This document shows positions 38,801 to 50,058 of a DNA stretch of 64,000 bases, in pieces (position 1 is the stretch's first letter; the number at the start of each line of letters is the position of its first letter). This DNA is from Octopus bimaculoides. Its lineage: Eukaryota. A model generated the notes under the pieces. That model was given only the letters and a program-made list of their open reading frames with translations, was not told the DNA's origin and did not search any database. Where the stretch lies: positions 122,191,052 to 122,255,051 of the forward strand of contig NC_068985.1 of NCBI RefSeq assembly GCF_001194135.2, written 5' to 3'. The translations under genes and the position numbers were made by a program.

Positions 38801-41800
38801 TTTTGGCGGAAAATTAAGTTCCTATTTTAAATATGCTAAACACTTGTCTTTGCAACATGAAGCCAAAATATCAAGAAAAATAAAAGCTAGACAAAAAGCT
38901 CATATCTGCTGGTATTGTCACCGAGACTTTGGAAAATTCAAGGACCTGTGTAAACATGTGGGGAAACACTGGAAAAGCCGTCTTTACAGCTGTTCTCATT
39001 GCAAGAGGAAGTTTACTCGTCAAACTGCTTGCAAAATGCATAAAATGATACATGGTAAGAAATATTTCAAATGTCAATATTGTAGTAAAAGTTTTGCATT
39101 CTCATGCAGCTTGATGTCTCATTTGAAAGTAGTCCACACACACCGGTGCCATGTAAAAAGCCATAATTGTCAGCATTGTTTTCAGTCATTCAGTCGTTAT
39201 TACCTCCTTTCAGCACACATAAAAAAGCAACACTTAGGAAAATCATCTGAGAAACTAGGTGATACATTTATAAAATCTAACAAATCATTAATCCCACAGC
39301 AGCCTTATGAAAACAATACTGGTATTCTAGGTATCGATGAGCCTCATTTACCATCTGAGGTGAGTCCAACTTCTTCTGTGCAAAATAATGCATCTTGCCA
39401 TCAATTGAATAATGATCAGATTGTTATTTATCTTGAAGAAGAAGGTGATCCCAAAATGGAAGATCTTGAAAACGAGATCGATGATAATATGTTATCTTCC
39501 AATTCTGGTGAAGGATCTGCCATTGATATCAGTGCAACATCTCTAGATGACCCTGATGCTGATGATGAAGAGGAAAATCTGTCTTGTAGCTTTTGTGAGC
39601 GTACTTTCAGCCAACGCCATCAGCTTTTGGTACATCTTCGAATTCATACTGGTGAAAAGCCATATAAATGTACTTGGTGTCATAAAGCATTTCGTGTGTC
39701 GAATGATCTTAATGTACATACGCGTATTCACACAGGCCAACGTCCTTATAGGTGTAAAGTGTGTGATAAAACATTTACAGTCTTACGTAACTTGTCAACC
39801 CACATGAGGGTACATACAGGTGAAAAACCTTATCAGTGCAATATATGTACTAGACGTTTCTCTCAGAAATCAGCTCTTACGGTCCATATGCGTATCCATA
39901 CTGGATCAAAACCTTTCAGATGTGGTATGTGTCCACAAAGTTTTGCTCATTCATCAAGTTTACGGCAACATAAGCAGCGTCATGTCACTGACCAGCTTGA
40001 GGAGGAGGTTTTCCGATGCACTGTTTGTGACAAGACTTTCCCTTGCTTCGATACTCTTAGCAGTCACGTTGAAGAACACCTTAAAGAAAATTTAGAATCA
40101 AATAGCAAAAATAAACCTGGGTTGAGCAAAACTGCAATATCATCATCAGGAGTAAAGATTAATGAAGAGTCTGTTTTGCAAGAAGGGACTTACACATCAT
40201 CTCTAAAAGAAACCAACTATGCAATTAAAGGTACTGCTAAAAAACGAGGCAAAAGAAAAACAAAAAACCGCAACCATTCTAATTTATCTGATGGTTTCGA
40301 TCAACAACAGCTTAATCAAGTGAACCAAGTCATCAACAAAATGAAGCTTGAGGAAGAAGCCATGCTTTGCATCAAAGATGAATCCAATTCCTCAAGTATG
40401 ATTGATTCTCTTAAATTCAAAGCCTTGAACGATGATCCTGCAGATCCATCACCATCGTCATCAGTTGCAACATTGGAAAAATCTTTTCGCACTTTGAATA
40501 ACCAAAAGAAGAAAGAGAAAATTCCTTGTGTCGGTACTTCTCAAAACATGGCCTATAAATCTGATCCTGGAGATTTCTCTAGCCAGCAACAGCATTTATT
40601 AGAATCTGAAAATTTGAACAAGGTTGACTTTGATGATGTTGTTGGCTTTGCTGAAAAGAGTGATGATAATGTTTCGGACACTGCCTCACAAATTTACTCT
40701 TGTAACGACTGTGAGAAAACATTTAATCAGAAATGCCTTTTATTAGCACATAGCAGGATCCATACAGGAGAACGTCCTTATAATTGCCATGTCTGCAGCA
40801 AGACATTTCGCATTCCTAATGATTTGAAAGTCCATTTGCGGAGTCATACAGGAGAAAGGCCTTACAAATGTCAAATCTGCAATCGTGGTTTTTCGATTTC
40901 TCGAAATTTAACCGCTCATTTGAGGGTTCACACTGGAGAAAGACCATTTAAGTGTGAATTCTGCAGCAAATGTTTCACTCAGAAATCAGCTCTAACAGTT
41001 CATATAAGAACCCATACAGGTGTTAAGCCATTCAAATGTGAAGTCTGTGGTCAATCTTTTGCCTATTCTTACAGTCTCAATGTTCACAGGAAACAACAAC
41101 ATAATTTAAATAGCAATAGCAAACCGTCCAGTGGCCGGCTTTACAAGTGCAATGATTGTGACCAAACATTTACACATGGCTATCTTCTTGGAATCCATCG
41201 AAGAACTCACAAGCAGCGCAGTAAAGCCAAGCAACAAAACTCAATTAATCAAGTTCCTCATGCCAAGATGCAAAGTTCTGAGGATCAGCACTTAAATTCA
41301 CGTTTGAAATCGGATCCTTTCTTGTCTCTTTCACTTGTTAATAACAATCTCAATGAACTCGAAATTGATCAGATTACTCTCAGTCAGAAAGATTCTCTGA
41401 ACCTTCATGAAAAATCACTTGAAGAGTTAGACCAGAATAATATGTTCATTAAAAGCAATACTAGTGATTTTCAAGCTCATAATGCAGACTTAGGAGATTT
41501 TGAAAAACCTCACCAGTCATTACGTACCAAATTTGGAATCTCAGAGAAGCTCAACAGAAAAACCAAAAGGCAAAGACGCTCAAAGTATTCATTACAATCT
41601 GCAGAAAATGATGGAAACAAAAATGGTGAAAATGAGTGTGTTGAACTATCCAATACTGAAATAGATCTTGATGAAATAGAAGCAACAGCTGCACGGCTAG
41701 AGAGTCTGTTATCAGATGAACCACTCTCCATTGATGAGGCTGCTTGCAAAGTGTGTGGTAAAACATTTAGCCAAAGAGCTCATTTAGCTGCTCATTATCG

Positions 41801-43046
41801 CATCCATACTGGTGAGAGACCTTACAAGTGTCGCTTGTGTTTTAAGGCTTTCCGTGTATGTAGTGACCTTACAGTGCATCTGCGTACTCACACAGGTGAG
41901 AGACCTTATAAATGCCAATACTGCCCAAAAGCCTTTTCAATTTCTCGGAATCTTACTGCACATTTACGTACGCATACTGGTGAGAGACCATTTGCATGTG
42001 GACAATGCAGCAAACGATTCACTCAGAAGTCTGCTTTAACAGTTCATATGCGTACACATACAGGTGTACGACCATATGTATGTCAAGTATGTAAAATAAC
42101 CTTTACATATTCACATAGTCTGAAAATGCATATCAAGCATCATCACTCCAGAGCAAGTATGTCTGATGCACCTGAGGCTTCGCCGGCATTCCAATTTGAT
42201 GGCACTACTGACTATCTATTTCCAAATGCTCCTATATCTGATGGCAGTTTAATACTTGAATCTCCTGAAAAGAAATCCAATTCCAGCTTAACAGATAATC
42301 TGAATAGATTTGGGGATGACACAGTGGCAGAAAGTGCAATGGACGCTAAATGCAGCATAAGTCAAAATATTTTTAAAGATGCAATTGACAGTGAATATAA
42401 TGATAGTAACATATTCTTAGATGATATGTTCTCTTCAGCTAACAGTTCTGCTAATTTCCTGACCAATAGCCAGCAGCAACAAAATTCTGCTACTTCATCT
42501 TTTAGTGAACAAACTTCTGATAATGGCAACTTTGACAACTTAACTGAGATGAATAGCAAGTGCCAAATTTGTGACAAAACATTTAACCAAAAGTCTCGTC
42601 TTGTTGCACATTTGCGTACACACAGTGAAGAGAGGCCATATCAATGTAACCTGTGCCCCAAGACATTTCGTGTAGCCAGCAACTTGTCTATACACAAGCG
42701 TGTCCACACTGGTGAAAGACCATATAAATGTGACATTTGTAGCAAATCATTCACAATCTCTCGTAATCTTTTCACTCACATGCGTACCCATACTGGCGAA
42801 AGACCATTTTCATGTGAACGCTGCAGTAAAAGGTTCACACAGAAGTCAGCCTTGACTGTCCACATGCGAACTCATACTGGGGATACCCCATATGAGTGTG
42901 ATGCTTGTGGGGAAAAGTTTACATACTCCAGCAGTTTTATGCTCCACAAAAAGCACAATAAAGCTATTAATTGCACCTATTGTGGAGAAGTCCTTTTGGG
43001 CAAGTGTGCCTTCCGCTCTCATCTGCAAAAACACATTACTGCTTAA
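35829..43046 (+). CDS. Giant multi-cluster C2H2 (Kruppel-type) zinc-finger protein, 2405 aa, single coding exon
   Basis: Uninterrupted ORF with aaaATGG start context and a TAA stop. About 39 CxxC...HxxxH motifs with TGEKP/TGERP linkers sit in 7 clusters, separated by S/N/D/E-rich linkers with basic NLS-like patches. Confidence 0.97.
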
Positions 43047-44058
43047 GCATTCTCAGATCAAGAGTGAAAATAAACCAGCTTACCGCCTTTGAACATGGAA
43101 TCTCACTTTTTTTTTTTAAATGTGTGTGTGTATGCATGTGTGTTTTGTATGCGTGTTTCTCTTTAAAAGGTTGTCTAATCTTATTCAGTTAAAGGAATCA
43201 AAGAAAAAGGAAGAAAAATAGTATATAAAAAAAAAGAAAAAAAACAAAAAAAAACAAACAAAATATGATTGAGAAGCTTTGTTGGTATTACAAAAATAGA
43301 GGAAAATATTTGAAATTATTTAAAAAGTGTTTTACATGTTTCCATCCCATTCCATATAAATAATACATGTTGTGTTCTTCATTGTTTTTTGGGGTTTTTT
43401 TCCATTCTCTGTGTTTCAGGGAGCTATTTATAAAACCTTAGATGAAAATCAGGAACATTTCTTTAACCCTTTGTTAGATTACTTAGATACCTTGTAATCA
43501 TACATAGACTTAATATTAACCTGAAAATCACTCATGGTTACCTTATTATTTTGAATTGCAAGTATGCATTCAAAACCTTCATTGTTAGATTCTTGTTTGT
43601 GTTTTTTTTTGTTTTTTATGGTGGTGTTGGACAATATTTTTATTTTTCATCATGTATTTTTAAAACAGACAAAACATTTTTCACATCTTCACTTATTTTT
43701 GGCTTGTTTGTTTCCTCAGGCATCACTTATTATTCATCAATTTTTTTTCTTTCAGTTTCTTTACTCAATGTCCATCTCACCTTTAACTACTTCACCTCAT
43801 AATTTAATTGGTTCATTCTCTCAATAATATTCATTAGATAATAGGAAAAAAAAAACCTTTAATAACCTTAGAATTAATTCATAACAAATGAAAACAAAAA
43901 GAGGGAAAGTGTGTTCTTTCTTTTCTTCATGTTTTTGTCCATGCAAAGAATTGCATTAATTTAAAGCACCATTTATTACACATTTTGTAGAATGTGCATG
44001 TGTGTGTATGTAAGCATATGTATGTATATAAACACGTATGTATGCATATGTGTGTGTG

Positions 44059-44102
<44 letters not shown>

Positions 44103-44435
44103 CAAACAAATAACTATAATTTCAAAAATGATAGCCCTTGTGTATATTTTCTGCTCTTCCCATGGTTGTTCATACGTTTTTCCTAACTTATATACAATTT
44201 TTCAAACTGATCAAAACACTATTTTTACACACAACACAACTACAGTTTATTGACATTAATTAACTTGTTTCTTTTTTTTTTTTTCAGATATTTTATCTTA
44301 ATTTTTACATACAAGTGCACCTTTAAAAAAAAAAAAAAAAAAAATAATATATTTAATTAAAAAAAATTTTTTTTATATTATCAACAAAGTTTGAATAATT
44401 ATAAAAATCCCTCTCCTCTCAAAAATAAATTAAAA
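43047..44435 (+). other. Probable 3' UTR of the zinc-finger gene
   Basis: AT/U-rich and largely TE-free after the stop; AATAAA near 44424 just before a gap. Confidence 0.45.
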
Positions 44436-46609
44436 CANNNNNNNNNNTATATATATATATATATCTAAAGTAAAATCTTATTTATATTTTAGTCTGTTAA
44501 ATCTTTTTGCATGGTGCTATCCTTGCAATACTACTTTTTTTTTGCTAAAATATAAACAAAAAAGTTTTGTGAGATACATATTAAAATAATAATTTAAACA
44601 AAAAAGAACAAAAAAAATAGTGATGCCAAATCCTTTAAAAAAGCAGTCATCATCCAAGGTTACCAAGGAGATAGAACATTCATTAGTAACATAAGCAACC
44701 ATAATAATTGTTCCTAACTGAGGTACAGAGCCAGCAATTTTGACAGGAGGGTGTTTATTTTATTGATTCTGAAAAGATGAAATAAAGTACCAGTCAAATC
44801 CTGGAGTTGATGGCATCAACTAATCTCTTTCACTCGAAATTGCTGGCCTTGTGCTTAAATTAGAAACAACAATAACAACAACAACAACAATTTGAATGAA
44901 TGAATGAATGTTTAGGATATTTCATTCACTATGTTACTGACAATATATTTTGCAACACTTCAAAAAAAAAAAAGACATTTCATTATTTATTTATTTGTTT
45001 ATATATTTATTTAACATTTTATTTACACTTGTTATCTGCTAAATGAAATTTTTTTTTTCTTTCTTGTCTTAAAAATTCCAGTTTCCAGAATGACTTATGA
45101 AACAATTATTAACATTTCTTGATCCAGCATTTATTTATACAACTATAAACTAAGAATGATAAATCCACACACACACACACACACATAGATGTGCAACCTT
45201 TTTTGAGACCTGTATATAGATAAAACAAAAGACATAAATAAACTAACAAGTCCTTTTCCTTTTTTCTCTCACAATTTAATCTTTTAATTTTGTCCTTTTT
45301 TTTTTACCTTTGTTAATTGAATATTTATTTGCATATTTTCTTTCTTTCTGTTTCTTATTCTTTGTGAATACTGAACATCATATATGGGAAGAAGAAATAT
45401 CTACTAGTCTATATTTTTAGGTGTCTTTTAAAAAAAGCAACAAATTAATCAAATAAAATGTAAGAGAAAAAAGCCACGTTGTAATTTCAATATACTTTTA
45501 TATTAGTCATAATGTCTCTCTATATGGTGTTTATTACAAATTATGTATTGTTTTGCATATATGCATTCATCTCCAAATAATATTAGATCCAATATAACAA
45601 CAAACAGCCTTTCCTCATCCATCTCTATCACATTTTAGCTGGTACATCTCTAACATTATTAATAATAATGATTTCAAATTTTGGCACAAGACCAGCAATT
45701 TGGGGGGAGGGGTACCTCAATTACATTGATCCCAGTGTTTAACTGCTACTTATTTTACCCCCCCCCCTCCTCAAAGGATGAAAGGCAAAGTCAGCCTGGG
45801 TGGCATTTGAACTCAGAACGTAAAGATAGACAAAATGCCACTAAGCATTTTGTCCAGCATGCCAATGATTCTGCCAGCTCGCTGCATTAATAATCATCAT
45901 AATAATAGAAATGGTGGTAATTTTCCATGCTAGCATGGAAAACTAACACAAGAATGAACAAATAAAGTATAATGATTTCTGATTATGGAACTTACATTAC
46001 TCTTAATACCTGACTGGTAATTCATTTTATTGACTCTGAAAGGATAAAAGACAGTTGATCTCAGCAGGATTTGAACTCAGAATGTTGTGTATCACAACTA
46101 AATACAGCAATGCATTTTGTCCTACATTCTAATGGTTCTTCTAATACCCTGCCCCCTTAGTAGTGGTGGTGGTGAATGCACATTTATTTAAATTTCAAAG
46201 CAAAATTCTTGTTTCTGTTAGACTAGCTAATTGAATAGAATATTACACATGCTTAAAGGCACATTGATTTACACATTTCTCAGTTAGCTAACAGATTTTA
46301 AACTGATAGTGGGGCAACTGAGAAGAAGGAAAATAGGTATAAACATAAAATTCATTCCTGCAGTTTTGGCTTCCAGCTGATCCTGTATAGAATTGAATAT
46401 TGATATAACTTCCATTCAAGTATGTAATTGTGGCTTTGATAATCCTAGTTGTGCCCATTAGCATAAGGGTACAGTTAATTCTTAAGGAATTCATCTTCCT
46501 TTGACACATTAAAAAAAAATTCCACTGGTATATATAAGAATGTGAACATCCTTACATATGGTATATATAATGATGTGAACATCCTTATATATATATATAT
46601 CATTATTAA

Positions 46610-46946
46610 TCAAAGGGCAGCAAAAGAAATTTTAGAAATTTAATTTACCACCAGTGGTCCAGCGAGAATAAAAAATTAGTCAATAGACTACATATATATT
46701 ATTCATTTAAAATATAGAGATGCCTATAATAGGACATCTACCCGGCACTCTGCTGACGAAAGCTCCCGAGTTAGATATACTTTTATCTTGCTAAATAGCT
46801 TGAAACCATGGTACAGAGTATAGACTGGTAAAAATGTTTATTTTTCATTCTCTTTCGAAATTATCCCTATTTTTGTGGTATAGAGTTTTTTGCTGCTCTT
46901 TCTAGCGGGTAGATGTCCTATTATAGGCATCTCTATATTTTAAATG

Positions 46947-46958
<12 letters not shown>
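46610..46958 (+). mobile_element. Penelope-like pLTR with an inverted duplication
   Basis: Perfect ~53-bp inverted arms (46692-46744 and 46906-46958) enclose a hammerhead. Partial further inverted homology links 46610-46655 with 46822-46902. Confidence 0.6.
46747..46819 (+). ncRNA. Intact-looking type I hammerhead ribozyme
   Basis: actctg-CTGACGA-aagct...agctt-GAAAC-catg-GTA-cagagt. 6-bp stem I, 5-bp stem II, palindromic stem III (ACCATGGT), GUA triplet. Confidence 0.85.
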
Positions 46959-46987
<29 letters not shown>

Positions 46988-47284
46988 TATATATATAGGT
47001 TTGTAGTCAAGCTGTTTTCTTCTCAATTACATGGTGTCAGGTTCATTGCCATTTCATGGCAATTTGGGATGTGTTTTCTATCATTATGGCCTGAGGCTGA
47101 CTAATCTGAGTGAATCTTGTTGAAGGAGACTAAACAATAGTCGTCTCTTGAATAGGTTTCAAGACACAATGAAAATTTTAGTAAAACTAAGTAAGCTAAT
47201 GAGTGGAAATCAAACTGATGAGTGTGTTGAATTAATAAGGCACTAAAAGAGAATGATACATAACTCTCTGCAACTCTGCAAAAT

Positions 47285-47720
47285 TTTTCAGCTTCAAAGC
47301 TGTGGTCATGCTGGTGTACCACCGTTGACCGAGCAACACCATTATTTGAAACCTCCTCTGATATGTGGCATTTGGTCAATGAGGGAGTTTGATGCTACTG
47401 CCCTCCTCTGTGTTTCCTGCTGTGAGGTAGGCTCATCTGGAACCCTTAACAGGAAGAGATCCAGTTTTGCTTTAAAGAAACTTTCATCCACACCATGCAG
47501 GTCTCTCAGGCATTTTAGAAAGATACTGAAGAGTTGTAGGCCACTGAAGCCCAAACTGTTGCAGTATCTTGTCCTGTATTTTGATGGCGATGCTGGGATA
47601 TTTGGAACAATGCAGTGGCACCCTGTTCTGCAGTTTGAGTAACTTTCAGTACCCAAGTTTGGTACAAGGCCTTCCAGGATTTTCCAGATATATATCAGTG
47701 TATATCTTTCCTGCTTTCAT
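47285..47720 (-). mobile_element. CR1 LINE 3' end including the 3' UTR tail
   Basis: RYCNSLGFSGLQLF...FKAKLDLFLLRVPDEP...SNSLIDQ, then the tail CGGTGGTACACCAGCATGACCACAGC...GCTGAAA. Confidence 0.85.
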
Positions 47721-48382
47721 TTTACAGAAAAGAGTTCTAATTCTTTTGGTATTTCCCAGTAGCTGATATGTTGCATTGAGATGGTTTTTTTAGTAGAGCT
47801 TTGTTGGATTGCTTCAATTTCCGCCATGAATTTTATGTTGTGTGGTGATCATAGTTGGGAGCAGTAGTGCTGAGGACGTATGACCTCCAAAGATCTGTAT
47901 ATATACATATGTATACGTTTGTGTGTGTGTGTGTATATGTATGTATGTATATATGTATGTATATGTATGTATGTGTATGTATGTATGTATTTGTATGTTT
48001 ATCATCATCATCATCATCATCATCGTTTAACGTCAGCTTTCCATGCTAGCATGGGTTGGACGATTTGACTGAGGACTGGTGAAACCGGATGGCAACACCA
48101 GGCTCCAGTCTGATTTGGCAGAGTTTCTACAGCTGGATGCCCTTCCTAACATGTATGTATGTATATATATGTATACATACATACGTACGGTGGTGCATCA
48201 GCATGGCCGCAGCTCTGAGCTGAAACTTTAAAAATAAAAAAAAAAATGTATATATATGTATGTATATATCTGTATGTATGTGTATATATGTATATGTATG
48301 TATGTATATATGTATGTGTGTATGTATATGTATGTATATGTATGTCTATATATGTATGTATGTATATATGTGTATGTATGTA

Positions 48383-48415
<33 letters not shown>

Positions 48416-48664
48416 GTGTATGTATGTATGTATATATATGTATGTGTATGTATGTATACGTATGTGTATGTATATATATGTATGTGTATGTATGTATGTA
48501 TACATATGTATTCTATATGTGTATGTTATCGTTATTTAACATCTGCTTTCCATGCTGGCATGGGTTGGATGATATGACTGACGGTTGGCAAGTCAGAAGG
48601 CTGCACCAGGCTCCAGTCAGATCTGGCAATGTTTCTACAGCTGGATACCCTTCCTAACGCCAAC

Positions 48665-48815
48665 CACTGGGTACATCTTAAGAAGTTTCTACTGACACCT
48701 TTTCTACAAATTGAGCAAGGCCATCTACCTGTAGAGATTTGTGGTTTGTCTGCGTTCCTGCTTATTAACAATTTGGTTTTAGCTAGATTGACTCTAAGGC
48801 CCTTCGATTCTAGAC
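48665..48815 (-). mobile_element. RTE LINE RT fragment
   Basis: LESKGLRVNLAKTKLLIS...GRWPCSICRKGV. Confidence 0.75.
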
Positions 48816-49529
48816 TATATGTATATGTATGTATATGGATATATATATACATATGTGTGTGTGTATATATATATATATATANNNNNNNNNNNNNNNNNNN
48901 NNNNNNNNNNNNNNNNNNNNNNNNNNNNNNNNNNNNNNNNNNNNNNNNNNNNNNNNNNNNNNNNNNNNNNNNNNNNNNNNNTATGTATACATATATGTAT
49001 ATATATATACATATATGTATATGTATACATACATACATACATACACATATACATACCTTTGTGGTTTTGTGCCTATATTTGAAACAACTTACAACTTGCC
49101 TCAGTTGGAAATACATGAATTCACATTTATTCTCTCTCTGTCTCATATATATCACATGTAATCTTGTGAAATTGTGGGTAAGTTTATATGTGCATATATG
49201 AAGTCCTGTAGTAAACATATTCACTTACTGATGCAGTTATTCTTAATAGATAGAGCTGGTAACTTATAAATAAATCATTGAATTATTGAAATTTGTCTTA
49301 AAACAACAATTAGCTCTATGTGACATTTTTTTTTAGCTTTAATTTGTGGTATTATTATTACTTATTGTTGTAGGTAGGTAATTTTATACACTGTTAACAT
49401 TACCATTTGAATCAGTAGCCAGTCTGAGTATTTCATGTGTATGTGTGGGAGGGTGCATATCTATGTGTGCATGTATACACACGAAGTAAATACTGCAAGA
49501 AAAATGAGTTACATATTCAAATGTGTTGT

Positions 49530-49734
49530 ATAAATTCTCTCTCTCTCTGTCTCTCTCACTCTCTCTCTCTGTCTCTCTCACTCTCTCTCTCTGTCTCTCT
49601 CACTCTCTCTCTCTGTCTCTCTCACTCTCTCTCTCTCTGTCTCTCTCACTCTCTCTCTCTGTCTCTCTNNNNNNNNNNTTCTCTCTCTCTCTGTCTCTCT
49701 CACTCTCTCTCTCTGTCTCTCTCACTCTCTCTCT

Positions 49735-49770
<36 letters not shown>
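49530..49770. repeat. Compound (CT)n repeat with periodic CACT/CTGT interruptions
   Basis: Units of about 20-24 bp, e.g. ctctctcactctctctctctgt. Confidence 0.9.
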
Positions 49771-49775
<5 letters not shown>

Positions 49776-49811
49776 TCTCCACATACACACGCACATATAG
49801 TTATTATTAAA

Positions 49812-50012
49812 GTGCTGAGCTGGCAGAACTGTTACCACACTGAGCAGGAATTTCTTCTTGCTCTTTACATTCTGAGTTCAAATTCTACCAAGGTCAGCTT
49901 TGCTTTCCAGATCTTTTGGGGTTGATAACATAAGTTCCAGTTGCCCCGAGGTCAATTTAATCATCTTACTCCCTCCACCTAAAATTGCTGGCCTTGAGCC
50001 AAAATTTGAAAC

Positions 50013-50058
<46 letters not shown>

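Noticed and set aside
48146-48657. Multiple 100-130-aa Y/I/H/T or C/M/Y/V ORFs (also 53574-54024 and 62322-62724)
   Set aside because: They are translations of compound (TA/TG/TATG)n microsatellites.
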